A stretch of 64,000 nucleotides of DNA from an uncultured Alphaproteobacteria bacterium. GTDB lineage: Bacteria > Pseudomonadota > Alphaproteobacteria > HIMB59 > GCA-002718135. Shown piece after piece: positions 48,831 through 59,119 of the stretch. Within the stretch, counting starts at the first letter, position 1; every line of letters starts with the position of its first letter. The translations under genes were made by a program, and so were the position numbers. Where the stretch lies: positions 20,260 through 84,259 of the forward strand of contig CACGDO010000004.1 in NCBI GenBank assembly GCA_902571865.1, written 5' to 3'. A model generated the notes under the pieces. That model saw nothing but the letters and a program-made list of their open reading frames with translations. It made no database searches and was not told the DNA's origin.

Positions 48831-49357
48831 TACTTTTCATTTAATCTTGGCATGATTTCAACAAAATTACAGGGCTTATGTCTAATGTCTAATTGATATT
48901 GTAAAATTTCATCCCAACCATCTTTGCATGCACCTGTCGATCCGGGTAAACAAAAAACATACGTACTATTTATTAAAGCTGCAACTGCTCGTGATTGAAT
49001 TGCTGATGTGCCTATTTTTTCAAAACTAACTTTGCGAAATAATTCCCCAAATCCATCAATATGTTTACTTGCAATAGCATTTACAGCTTCTGGTGTTGTA
49101 TCTCTTCCTGTTAATCCAGTCCCACCAGTTGTAATAATGCAATCAATCTCTTTTTCCTTAGACATTGTGTTTAAGGTATCTTTTATTTGACTAACGTCAT
49201 CTGGTATAATTGTCCGTTTAATCATTGTATGACCAGCATCAGTAATGCGCTTTTCTAATGTATCTCCAGATGTATCGTTTTCTTTAGTTCTTGAATCTGA
49301 AATTGTAATAACAGCAATATTTATTGGAACAAAATCTAGAGAAGTATCAATTGGCAT
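48830..49357 (-). CDS. moaB: Molybdenum cofactor biosynthesis protein B
   Basis: ITISDSR, TTGGTGLTGRDTTPEA, LPGS, PCNF. Confidence 0.93.
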   Translation of the reverse strand: MPIDTSLDFVPINIAVITISDSRTKENDTSGDTLEKRITDAGHTMIKRTIIPDDVSQIKDTLNTMSKEKEIDCIITTGGTGLTGRDTTPEAVNAIASKHIDGFGELFRKVSFEKIGTSAIQSRAVAALINSTYVFCLPGSTGACKDGWDEILQYQLDIRHKPCNFVEIMPRLNEK

Positions 49358-49363
49358 AAACTA

Positions 49364-51109
49364 TTAATAAAGTGGATCATTTCCATTTGCTAGCATTTTT
49401 AGGGAACGCATTTCTTTATTATTTTTATTTTGGTAAATCCAATATTTTGTTAAAATCTTTTCAATGAACCACCGTGTTTCTCTTGAAGGAATACTTTCCA
49501 TAAAAAATAGCGAGTCTTCCATATAGTTTGTTTCATTTTTCCATTTTTGTAAATTTCCTGGACCACCATTATAAGCTGCTGCCAGAAATATAAGATTTCT
49601 TGAAACTTGCTCTAGATCTAGAAGATATGTAATGTATTCTTGTCCAACCTCTAGATTTATTTCTGGATTTTTAAGAATATTACTATTGCTTCTTTTTACA
49701 TCTTTACTTTTTGTAATAAATTTAGCTGTTGAAGGTAAAACTTGCATTAACCCTATGGCACCATCTTTACTTTTTGCTTTTATGTTGAACATAGATTCTT
49801 GATGCATAAAGGCGTGAAGTAATTCTTTTTCTAATTTGAAACCATCTCTTGGCTTCCAAACACTTGTTGGGTAGTAAAGGTAAGTAGGAACATCCATACC
49901 AAAATTATCAAGTTTATTGACAATTTTTAGTTGAGTATAAGCAAGATCAAAATTTTCAGCAATTTGAATAGACTCTTTTGCTATTTTTCTATTTAAAATG
50001 GAATTAATGTGTACAATTTCTTTTTCTAACTCATCTGCAAATCCAACTTGTATCAGTGTCTGTATTCTTTTTCCTGCTGGTATATTTAAAATTGTACTAT
50101 TATTTTTATTCAAATCAGTATGTTCTACCCATTCTATTTTTTCATCTACACCTAATATTTCTAATGCCAGCATTCCATAAAAACTATTCGGATTATTTGA
50201 TGCTCTTTTTAACCAAAAATTAATATCATCATAACGACCAAGTTTTGCATACGATCTAGCTGTCCAAAAACTTCCTGACGTTTGATGCCATGCATCATCT
50301 TTTAAACTAATCGAAAAGAGAGAAAAATATTTTGCAGCATCTTCATATTTTTCTAGCCTCCAAGAAGATAAACCAGCAGTCCAAGCTGCATAAGGAACAT
50401 ATTTTGCAGAATTTACAAGAGCTTCAGAAGCGTATTGGATTGCCAAGTCATTTTTATTTGCTAAAAAATATCCTTTCGCAATTAATTCTTTTTGCTGATC
50501 TATCTCAACTTGATCTAATAATAGATCTACATCTCTTTGATTTAATAATTGTACTGCACCTGTCGGCCATCCTTTGTTAACTCTTGATTTAATTCCGTTA
50601 ATTAATTTTCTTTTTTCAGCTCTTTGATTGTTAGATAGTTTTTTGGAACTTTTATATTTACTAGATTTCTTACTATTTACCTGTTCCGATTCTATTCCAA
50701 CTGGAATGCTTGGTTTAGTTGGGCTTTTATAACCCTCTGGCATTCTTCGAATAGCCAATTTATAAATTTGCTTTGCTTGTGGATGATCATTATATTTTTT
50801 TAGCCAATAATATAATTCTAAATACTTTGATCGATAACAATTTGGATGCAAAAACTTTTGTGCATAGATGTGTCCTAATAAAGATTTATTTTTAATTTTT
50901 AAAATAAAATTGTTTGCACTTTTCCATTTGCATATATCTTGAAACTTGTATGCTTGTTGATAGTTATAAACATCTTCTTCACTAAGTACCTTTGATGAGA
51001 ATATATCATCGTATTTGGTGACTATATCTTGTTGGTATGAGTAGACTTGTTTTGAAAAAATTATAAAGAATACAAAAAAACAAAAAATTAAAAATTTTTT
51101 AAGATACAT
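49364..51109 (-). CDS. Soluble lytic murein transglycosylase (SLT domain)
   Basis: QESMF, GAIGLMQVLPSTA, AAYNGGPG, ESIP..ETR. Confidence 0.9.
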   Translation of the reverse strand: MYLKKFLIFCFFVFFIIFSKQVYSYQQDIVTKYDDIFSSKVLSEEDVYNYQQAYKFQDICKWKSANNFILKIKNKSLLGHIYAQKFLHPNCYRSKYLELYYWLKKYNDHPQAKQIYKLAIRRMPEGYKSPTKPSIPVGIESEQVNSKKSSKYKSSKKLSNNQRAEKRKLINGIKSRVNKGWPTGAVQLLNQRDVDLLLDQVEIDQQKELIAKGYFLANKNDLAIQYASEALVNSAKYVPYAAWTAGLSSWRLEKYEDAAKYFSLFSISLKDDAWHQTSGSFWTARSYAKLGRYDDINFWLKRASNNPNSFYGMLALEILGVDEKIEWVEHTDLNKNNSTILNIPAGKRIQTLIQVGFADELEKEIVHINSILNRKIAKESIQIAENFDLAYTQLKIVNKLDNFGMDVPTYLYYPTSVWKPRDGFKLEKELLHAFMHQESMFNIKAKSKDGAIGLMQVLPSTAKFITKSKDVKRSNSNILKNPEINLEVGQEYITYLLDLEQVSRNLIFLAAAYNGGPGNLQKWKNETNYMEDSLFFMESIPSRETRWFIEKILTKYWIYQNKNNKEMRSLKMLANGNDPLY

Positions 51110-51809
51110 TTTTTAATTTCTCTTGTAGCATTTGTAAATCTTCCCAAGAATGTTTTTTATACTGAGGAGATCGCAGTAAAAAAGCAGGATGATAGGAAGC
51201 TATTGTAGGAATTGATTCATCTAAATTGAGTGATTTGTATTCATGCAATTTACCTCTGAGTTTTCCAAGCGCTAGAGGCGTTGATAAGATAGCTTTTGCT
51301 GCAACGCCTCCTAATAGAAAGATAAATTTTGGTTTAATAATATCAATTTGTCTTTGTAAAAATGGTAAAAATTCTAAAATTTCTTCATCATTAGGTGTTC
51401 TATTATCAGGCGGGCGCCAATTAACGACATTTGTAATGTAGACGTCTTCTCTTTGTAAATTAATTGCTAAAAGCATTTTATTTAATAGTTGCCCAGCTCT
51501 CCCAACAAATGGAATACCTTGCTGATCCTCGTCTCTTCCTGGAGCCTCACCAATTAACATAACTTTAGCATTTAAATTTCCATCATAGACTACTAAATTT
51601 TTTGCAGTTTTTTGAAGATTCGATTTGTGATCTTTAAGGTCTTTAATCACATCATCTATTTTCTTTTTTTTATCCCCAGCATTGATATTGGGATCAGGTA
51701 ATTCAGATTTTTTCTCATTTTCAAACCAGTTTCTTGGAGAATCTTGAAGAAAATAGTTTACTCCAGAATTAACTATGAATTCTAAATTTTTTTTATTTGA
51801 TTGATTCAT
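51099..51809 (-). CDS. Uracil-DNA glycosylase family 4
   Basis: IGEAPG..ED..G.PFVGRAG, WRPPDNRTP, YHPAFLLR. Confidence 0.92.
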   Translation of the reverse strand: MNQSNKKNLEFIVNSGVNYFLQDSPRNWFENEKKSELPDPNINAGDKKKKIDDVIKDLKDHKSNLQKTAKNLVVYDGNLNAKVMLIGEAPGRDEDQQGIPFVGRAGQLLNKMLLAINLQREDVYITNVVNWRPPDNRTPNDEEILEFLPFLQRQIDIIKPKFIFLLGGVAAKAILSTPLALGKLRGKLHEYKSLNLDESIPTIASYHPAFLLRSPQYKKHSWEDLQMLQEKLKNVS

Positions 51810-51856
51810 GCAAAATTACAATTATCTATTCATAGTGCAACTCTAGTATATTTAAA

Positions 51857-53164
51857 ATGATTAATTTGATTAAAAAATGGTTTTTTATTTGTCTTCTCAT
51901 CTCCTTCAATACTAGTGTTTTTGCAACAAGTAGTTCTAACTTTTTAATCTCACAACTAGCCTTTAAAAATTATGATTATCCTGCAACATTATTGAATTTT
52001 AATGCCAATAAAATAAAACTATCTCAAGACCAACTACTTGATAAAGCAATTGCGGCGATTATTACCGAAGACATTAATTTAGCCAAAGATATTGCTAATA
52101 AAATTTTGGAAAAAAACAAAAATAATCAAGAAGCATATATAATTAAAATTTCATCCTTATTTTTAGACAAAAAATTTAATCAGATAAAAGATTTACGAGA
52201 TAATTTAGACCAACCAAATGAATTACTAAATTTTATTTTCTTCACAAATAATAGACTTAAGGATGGTACTACCATTAGTCGTTCACTTGTTGAAATTGTG
52301 GCATCATCTTTTTCAAACAATGAGCAAAGACGTTTAAATTATAATTTTTTGTTATTTTATACTTCACTTGCCAAATTAATTGATCCAAATAATGAAAGAG
52401 CAATAATTATTAAGGCCGAACTATTTGATCAAGTTGGTCAATTCGAAGTGGCAAGAGATACTTTTGAGAAGATAGGGAAGGAAAGTCCATATTATTTAGA
52501 TGCACAAAGCAGTTTAGCAATTAATTATTTATATAATAGTTCGTATGAGGATGCTGAAAATAAAATTTTATCTATTCTACAAAATAACAAAAACAATTAT
52601 TCTCTAAAAAAAATTCTTGGTGATTTCTATCGGTACAACAAAAAATATGATTTAGCTTTACCAATATACAACCAGATGATTAAAGAAAACCGCGGTGACG
52701 TTTGGAATATATATTATATGAGAGGTATATGTTTTGAACAATTAGGTGATTGGGATTTAGCAGAAAAAGATTTTTTAAAATCACTTGAAATAAAACCTGA
52801 TAGTCCAAATGTTTTAAATTATCTTGCTTATGGCTGGGTTGAAAGAGAAATGAAATTAGATCGTTCTTTGCAAATGTTAGAAGAAGCGTATGAGGCTAAC
52901 CCTGAAAGTTTCTATATTATTGACAGTCTTGCTTGGGCGCATTTTAAAAAAAATAATCTTTCAGAAGCTGCACGTTTAATGGAAATGGTAATAGATATTG
53001 CTCCAGGTGAAGCAATATCTCTAGACCACCTAGGAGATATTTATTATGCTATGAATAGAAAAAGAGAAGCTATTCATTTCTGGCAACAAGCTCTAGAATT
53101 AGCTGAACCTGAAGATGAAATTGAAGAACATGTTAAAATTAAATTAGAAAAATTTAATGGATAA
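51857..53164 (+). CDS. Tetratricopeptide repeat protein (periplasmic)
   Basis: Signal peptide; VLNYLAY, IIDSLAW, DHLGD.Y TPR motifs; conserved position upstream of ispE. Confidence 0.85.
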   Translation: MINLIKKWFFICLLISFNTSVFATSSSNFLISQLAFKNYDYPATLLNFNANKIKLSQDQLLDKAIAAIITEDINLAKDIANKILEKNKNNQEAYIIKISSLFLDKKFNQIKDLRDNLDQPNELLNFIFFTNNRLKDGTTISRSLVEIVASSFSNNEQRRLNYNFLLFYTSLAKLIDPNNERAIIIKAELFDQVGQFEVARDTFEKIGKESPYYLDAQSSLAINYLYNSSYEDAENKILSILQNNKNNYSLKKILGDFYRYNKKYDLALPIYNQMIKENRGDVWNIYYMRGICFEQLGDWDLAEKDFLKSLEIKPDSPNVLNYLAYGWVEREMKLDRSLQMLEEAYEANPESFYIIDSLAWAHFKKNNLSEAARLMEMVIDIAPGEAISLDHLGDIYYAMNRKREAIHFWQQALELAEPEDEIEEHVKIKLEKFNG

Positions 53165-53990
53165 TAGTATTACTGAGAAGTCACCTGCAAAAATAAATTT
53201 ATTTCTTAAAATTTTAAATCGAAGAGAAGATAACTATCATAATATTAGAACAGGAATAACCAGTATTAATTTGTGTGATGAAATAGAAGTAAAACCAAGC
53301 AATCAATTCTATGTCGAATACAAGGGAGTATTTGCTCCAGAAAATAATAAATTTGATGATTGTATTGTAAAAAAAATATTTAGTTTTTTGAATATTTCAC
53401 CCCCCAACATTTCATTTTCAATTACAAAAAATTTTCCTTATCAAGCTGGATTGGGTTCTGCATCTTCAAATGCAGCAACGGTAATAAAGATCCTAGAAAA
53501 TCTAGAAATTATTAATAAAAAAAATATTTTTGACTATACAAATTTAGGTTCTGACATTCCTTTCTTTCTTAATCAACACGATAGTTTGGTAAGAGGAAGA
53601 GGAGATTTAATCTCAAACATTGTTTTTCCAAAATATTTTTTCTTAATAACAAAACCAAATTTTAATTGCTCCACAAAAAAAATGTACGACACATTCATTC
53701 CTTCTGATTTTGATTATAATGTCGAGGAAGATATTGAAGAAATTAATGATAACGATAACGGGAATGATTTTGAAAAAGTAATTAAAAAACTCGAGCCTGA
53801 TTTTAAATCTATTTATAATAAAATGGATAATTTAGAAGATACTATTTTTACAAGACTAACAGGTAGTGGATCTTGTATTTTTTCAGTTTTTGAAAATAAA
53901 CTTAAAGCTGAAAATGCAAAAAATTCTTTTCTTAAAACTTATCCAAATTTGTGGGTAGCTGTTGCTGAAAATAATAATATAAAATTATAA
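53157..53990 (+). CDS. ispE: 4-diphosphocytidyl-2-C-methyl-D-erythritol kinase
   Basis: PAKINLFL, AGLGSASSNAA, GSDIPF, NDFE, LTGSGS. Confidence 0.92.
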   Translation: MDNSITEKSPAKINLFLKILNRREDNYHNIRTGITSINLCDEIEVKPSNQFYVEYKGVFAPENNKFDDCIVKKIFSFLNISPPNISFSITKNFPYQAGLGSASSNAATVIKILENLEIINKKNIFDYTNLGSDIPFFLNQHDSLVRGRGDLISNIVFPKYFFLITKPNFNCSTKKMYDTFIPSDFDYNVEEDIEEINDNDNGNDFEKVIKKLEPDFKSIYNKMDNLEDTIFTRLTGSGSCIFSVFENKLKAENAKNSFLKTYPNLWVAVAENNNIKL

Positions 53991-54641
53991 AATTTTATGT
54001 TTCTCGAATACGGCAGTTAAACTATCCCCTTTTTTTAATTCATCTCTAACAGTATTTTCACTACTTACTTTTTCTAGAGCTTTACTTATTACCTCATCAA
54101 TAACTTTAGATGGTACAATAACAACACCATCATTATCGCCAAATACCAAATCTCGACTTTCAACATAGACATTTGCTATTTCGCCTGGCACATCTGCCAT
54201 CATCATTTTACCTCTAAATTTTGTATCAACAGGATTAGTGCCTTTTGCAAAAACTGGAAAACCAATTTCATTAATCATTTTTGTATCACGAACACAGCCA
54301 TCTGTTAAACAACCTGCTGATTTTAAATAAGTTGCTCGAGTTGATAATAATTCCCCCCAAGGAGCGATCTTTTCATTTCCATGACAACATAAAACAGCAA
54401 TTTCATTTTCTTTTAAACTATCAATTAAAGCTATTTCATGTTCGTAAACATTTGTATTTTCATCATCGTGATAAATGGGCATATACAAACCAACTCTCGC
54501 AAGCCCACATATAATTACATCTGGTTTTATTGATTTGATACCAGGTGTTAATGTTTGTTTATGATAACCCAAACTATCTAACGTATCAGCTAATACAGCT
54601 GAATAAAGTTTTGTTTTATATTCTTCAAAATTAAGATTCAT
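53985..54641 (-). CDS. RraA family / HMG-aldolase-like protein
   Basis: YSAVLADTLD, APWGELLS, DGCVRD, GDNDGVVIVP. Confidence 0.85.
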   Translation of the reverse strand: MNLNFEEYKTKLYSAVLADTLDSLGYHKQTLTPGIKSIKPDVIICGLARVGLYMPIYHDDENTNVYEHEIALIDSLKENEIAVLCCHGNEKIAPWGELLSTRATYLKSAGCLTDGCVRDTKMINEIGFPVFAKGTNPVDTKFRGKMMMADVPGEIANVYVESRDLVFGDNDGVVIVPSKVIDEVISKALEKVSSENTVRDELKKGDSLTAVFEKHKIL

Positions 54642-54728
54642 TTTTTTTGAATTTATTTATATTATCAATTTAGTTATTCGTATAACATCATACTATTTTA
54701 AAGTGGTCAAGTTAGTTTTATATAAATA

Positions 54729-55733
54729 ATGATTTATAATATTTTAATAATTGGAGCAGGTGGAATTGGTAAAAGACATATTAAAGGTTATTTGGGAACT
54801 AGCAGAGCTAAAATTTCTATTGTTGAACCAGATGCTAATAAACAAAAAAACTTAAATAATGAATTTGAAATTCAACATACATTTAATTCTCTTGATGAAG
54901 TTAATCAAAAATTTGATCTAGCAATAATATGTTCGCCAGCTAATTGGCATTTGGAACATATGCAGTTTTGTGTAAAAAATAATCTATCATTTATGGTAGA
55001 AAAACCTCTTTCTACAAAAATTGATGGTTTGGAAAAAATTATAGAAGAGGTAAGAGAAAAAAAATTATTTGTTCGTGTAGGATATACAAGAAGAAATAGC
55101 ATAGTCTCTAGAGCCTTAAAAGATCAAATTAAGAATAAAAAAATTGGAGATGTAAAATTAGTTTACATTAATTCTTCACAAGAGTTCCCTAAATATAGGC
55201 CAGATTATCAAACTATTTATTATGCAAAAGAAGAAACAGGAGGAGGCGCTATACTCGATGCTTCTACGCATATGATTGATCAATTAATTTGGATATTAGG
55301 AAATCCTGAGCAGGTAAGTTGTATGTACGATAGATTAGTATTAGAGGGAACAGAAACAGAAGATACTTGTCTTATTAATATTAAATTTTCTAATGGGTGT
55401 TTAGCTAATATTACTGTTAATCAATTTCAAAAACCAAATATTAATACCTATGAGTTTGTTGGCACTAAAGGTAATTTAAAAATTGATCATTCTAAATTAA
55501 TGTTTGCTGATGATGATAGTGGTGTTTGGAAAGATCAAAAAGATTATATGAAAGGGCAAAATCCAATGGAAGTACATCAAAATAATTTTTTATTACAGGC
55601 AAATAGATTTTTAGATGGTTATGAAGGTAAGGATTGTGACTTAGCAACCTTAGAAGAAGCTTATTTAAATTTAAAAGTTGTATTAGCGGCTAAATTGTCT
55701 TGGAAAGATAAAAAAATTATCAAAATCAGTTAA
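54729..55733 (+). CDS. Gfo/Idh/MocA family oxidoreductase
   Basis: IGAGGIGKRH, VEKPL, GGGAILD..H..D. Confidence 0.85.
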   Translation: MIYNILIIGAGGIGKRHIKGYLGTSRAKISIVEPDANKQKNLNNEFEIQHTFNSLDEVNQKFDLAIICSPANWHLEHMQFCVKNNLSFMVEKPLSTKIDGLEKIIEEVREKKLFVRVGYTRRNSIVSRALKDQIKNKKIGDVKLVYINSSQEFPKYRPDYQTIYYAKEETGGGAILDASTHMIDQLIWILGNPEQVSCMYDRLVLEGTETEDTCLINIKFSNGCLANITVNQFQKPNINTYEFVGTKGNLKIDHSKLMFADDDSGVWKDQKDYMKGQNPMEVHQNNFLLQANRFLDGYEGKDCDLATLEEAYLNLKVVLAAKLSWKDKKIIKIS

Positions 55734-55734
55734 T

Positions 55735-56514
55735 ATGATTAGTTTGAAAAATAAAAATATTTTTATAGCTGGAGGTAGTGGATATCTTGGTTCAGTTTTA
55801 TGTGAAGAAATATTGAAACTAGAGGGAAATATATTTTTAGCTGATCAAGACATTAAAAGATCAGAATTAGTAATTAAAAAATTATTAAAAAAATATCCGA
55901 AAAGTAAAATTAAATTTTCTCAATTAAATATGATTGAGCCTGATTCTATTTCTAAAAATATTAAATTAGCTTATCAAAAATTAAAATATATAGATGGATT
56001 AGTTAATGCAACATTTGGATCAACTTCTGATAAATTATCTCAATTGACTGCTGAAAAATTTAATAAAGCTAATCAAATTAACTTAACAGGGTCTTTTTTA
56101 CTTATGAGAGGTATTGCAAATAAAATGAAAAAAGGTGGAAGTATCGTAATGTTTGCATCTATGTATGGATTAGTATCGCCAAAAATGGAAATGTATCCAA
56201 AAAATATAAATCCTAATCCTGTAGAATATGGTGCAGGAAAAGCTGGTTTAAACCAAATGGTAAGATATTTATCCTCTTATTATGGTAAAAATAATATTCG
56301 TATCAATGCAATTGTGCCTGGACCTTTTCCAAACATAACTAAGGCTGCAAACAATAATAAAAAATTTTTGAATAATTTAAAAAATTCTACAATGTTAAAA
56401 CGTTTTGGTAAACCTATCGAAACTGCAAAACCAACAATTTTTCTCTTATCTGATGCATCAAGTTATATGACGGGTCATTCACTAATAGTTGATGGTGGTT
56501 GGACAGCGTGGTAA
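55735..56514 (+). CDS. SDR family oxidoreductase
   Basis: AGGSGYLG, ASMYG, YGAGK (YxxxK), VDGGWTAW. Confidence 0.85.
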   Translation: MISLKNKNIFIAGGSGYLGSVLCEEILKLEGNIFLADQDIKRSELVIKKLLKKYPKSKIKFSQLNMIEPDSISKNIKLAYQKLKYIDGLVNATFGSTSDKLSQLTAEKFNKANQINLTGSFLLMRGIANKMKKGGSIVMFASMYGLVSPKMEMYPKNINPNPVEYGAGKAGLNQMVRYLSSYYGKNNIRINAIVPGPFPNITKAANNNKKFLNNLKNSTMLKRFGKPIETAKPTIFLLSDASSYMTGHSLIVDGGWTAW

Positions 56515-56527
56515 GTGATATTAATTA

Positions 56528-57487
56528 ATGATTCAGTTTCCCATAGAAAATAAAAAAATCAAATTAGCAATGCTAGGAATGACGGAAGGAAATGGACATC
56601 CTTACTCATGGAGCATAATTATTAACGGTAGATTTAATGCAGAAGCTTTAGCAAAATGTCCTTATGCAGCAATTATTGATTACATTTCAAAGCAACCAAA
56701 AAATACCCTGGGTATAAAAAATGTAGAAGTTTCACATGTATGGACAGATAATTCTGAAGATGCAAAACTTGTCGCTAAAGTTGCAGAAATTGAAAATATT
56801 GTTGAAGATCCAAAAGATGTGATTGGTCAAGTCGATGCAGTTTTAGTTGCAACTGATATTGGTTCAGAGCATGTTGAGAGGTGTAAACCATTCGTTGAGG
56901 CAAATGTACCAATCTTTGTTGATAAACCATTATGCGATAGTTTTAATGATCTAAAAATTTTTCAACAGTGGATTGATGAGGGAAAGCCTATAATTAGTTC
57001 TTCTGCAATGCGATACTTTAAAGAATACGAGCCATATCATCAATCAACTTATGAACTAGGTGATTTAAGATATATCAATGTAACAATGGCAAAAAGTTGG
57101 GAGAAGTATGGGATACACGCTTTAGAAACATTATATCCAATTGTTGGTCCAGGCTTTACTTCAATACAAAATCTTGGAGATAGGGATAGAAATATTATCC
57201 ATTTACATCATTCAAAAGGCATAGATATAAATATTGCAAACATTGATGATATGTATGGAGGTTTTGGACTTATTTCATTAGTAGGAACTAAAAGTGGAAT
57301 ACAAATAAAATCAAATGATACTTTTTATGCATTTAAAAAACAATTAGAGTCATACGTTCATTATTTACGAACAGGTGTAAAACCAGTTCCATGGGAGGAA
57401 ACCAAAGAACTAATGCAACTTGTTGCTGCTGGCATTAAGAGTAGAGAAGAAGGTGGAATTAAAATTAATTTAAGTGAGGTTAGTTAG
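56528..57487 (+). CDS. Gfo/Idh/MocA-like oxidoreductase (atypical N-terminus)
   Basis: GNGHPYSWS, FVDKPL, SSSAMRY, YGIH. Confidence 0.75.
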   Translation: MIQFPIENKKIKLAMLGMTEGNGHPYSWSIIINGRFNAEALAKCPYAAIIDYISKQPKNTLGIKNVEVSHVWTDNSEDAKLVAKVAEIENIVEDPKDVIGQVDAVLVATDIGSEHVERCKPFVEANVPIFVDKPLCDSFNDLKIFQQWIDEGKPIISSSAMRYFKEYEPYHQSTYELGDLRYINVTMAKSWEKYGIHALETLYPIVGPGFTSIQNLGDRDRNIIHLHHSKGIDINIANIDDMYGGFGLISLVGTKSGIQIKSNDTFYAFKKQLESYVHYLRTGVKPVPWEETKELMQLVAAGIKSREEGGIKINLSEVS

Positions 57488-58279
57488 ATGAAAGTTTTAG
57501 AAAGTTTTTCTTTAAATGGTAAAGTTGCACTTGTTACTGGAGGTGCTGGACTTTATGGGAGACAAATAGTGGAAGCATTAGCTGAAGCTGGAGCAGATAC
57601 ATATATAGCTTCACGAAATATTGAAAGTTTACAACAAGTAGCAGAAGAAGAAACAAAACGAGGCTATAAAGTTACTGCATTACAATTAGATTTATCTCAG
57701 GATGACTCAATCGAAAAATTATACAATGACATTATTGAGAAAAGTGGAAAATGTGATGTCTTGATTAATAATGCAGTCTCTAGAGAATACGGCAGCCTTG
57801 GCTGGGACAATAGTCTAGATGATTTTGATAAAAGTTTAAGAATAAATGCATCAGCATTATTTAAAATTACAAATATGTTTGCTGAAGGAATGAAAAAAAA
57901 TAAATCTGGATCCATTATAAATATTGGATCAATGATGGGTACTGTTGGTGTGGAAAATGGCAATTATGAAGGTACAGATTTCACACCTGCTACTTCTCCT
58001 TTATATTTTTATGAAAAGGGAGGTATGCACAATTTTACAAGATGGGCAGCAAGTATGTTAGGTCCTTTTAATATTCGAGTTAATTGTTTAGCTCCAGGAG
58101 GATTTAAAGTTCCTTCTCATCCAGACAGATTTGTTGAAAATTATAGTAAAAGAACCCAGCTAGGACGAATGGCTAATAGTACTGATTTAAAAGGCCCAAT
58201 AATTTTTTTAGCATCAGAATCATCAGCTTATTTGACTGGAACAATTATTGCTGTTGATGGTGGATATACTGCAAAATAA
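57488..58279 (+). CDS. SDR family oxidoreductase (gluconate 5-dehydrogenase-like)
   Basis: TGGAGLYG, INNA, YFYEK, VDGGYTA. Confidence 0.85.
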   Translation: MKVLESFSLNGKVALVTGGAGLYGRQIVEALAEAGADTYIASRNIESLQQVAEEETKRGYKVTALQLDLSQDDSIEKLYNDIIEKSGKCDVLINNAVSREYGSLGWDNSLDDFDKSLRINASALFKITNMFAEGMKKNKSGSIINIGSMMGTVGVENGNYEGTDFTPATSPLYFYEKGGMHNFTRWAASMLGPFNIRVNCLAPGGFKVPSHPDRFVENYSKRTQLGRMANSTDLKGPIIFLASESSAYLTGTIIAVDGGYTAK

Positions 58280-58294
58280 CAAAGGATAAATAAT

Positions 58295-59119
58295 ATGACT
58301 AAATATGATGAAACAACAACAAATAATGGAAAAAAACCATTTAATACTTTTCGAAAGAGCAGAGTAAAAAGAACGACTAGTGCAGGGAAAGTTGCAACAA
58401 TATTAAAATGCAACACAGTTGATATTAAAGTAGCAGAAATTTTTGCCTTAGCACAACCAGATGCCATCTGGCTTTGTATGGAACATGGATCACTTGATTA
58501 CAATCAAGCTGAAAATCAAAGTAATGCCGCTAAGATATATGATGTTGACTCTCTTCTTCGTGTTAATAGAGGTAGCTACAGTAATTATATTAGAGGTTTA
58601 GAAGTTGATTGTACGGGATTAATCATACCTCAAATAAAAAGCTTAGCAGATGCTAAAGAGATTGAGGAGTTTACAAAATTTCCTCCTATTGGCAAAAGAG
58701 GAGTTGATGGTGGTAACAATGATGGAAAATATACAAAGCTTGATATGGCAGAGTATATTAAACAAGCTAATCAAGAAAGATTAGTAATCTATCAGATTGA
58801 AACACCTGAAGTAATTAATGATGTCGAAGCCATTGCTGAAATGGAAGGCGTAGATGCACTATTTTTTGGGCCTGGAGATTATTCTCTTTCACTAGGTGTT
58901 CCAGGTCAAATGGATCATCCTGATGTTGTAAGTGCAAGAAAAAGAGTTGCAGAAGTAGCAAGAAAAAATAATAAAATTGCAGCTACTCCAGGTGGACCCG
59001 GAGTTGCAAAAAATTATATTGATATGGGATATAATCTTCTAAATATTGGTGCTGATGTAATTGCATTATCTGATTATGCAGAGAATTTAGTTAGTCAGTT
59101 TGAAGAAATTAATTCTTAA
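58295..59119 (+). CDS. HpcH/HpaI class II pyruvate-dependent aldolase
   Basis: CMEHG, FPPIGKRG, QIETP, FFGPGDYS. Confidence 0.88.
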   Translation: MTKYDETTTNNGKKPFNTFRKSRVKRTTSAGKVATILKCNTVDIKVAEIFALAQPDAIWLCMEHGSLDYNQAENQSNAAKIYDVDSLLRVNRGSYSNYIRGLEVDCTGLIIPQIKSLADAKEIEEFTKFPPIGKRGVDGGNNDGKYTKLDMAEYIKQANQERLVIYQIETPEVINDVEAIAEMEGVDALFFGPGDYSLSLGVPGQMDHPDVVSARKRVAEVARKNNKIAATPGGPGVAKNYIDMGYNLLNIGADVIALSDYAENLVSQFEEINS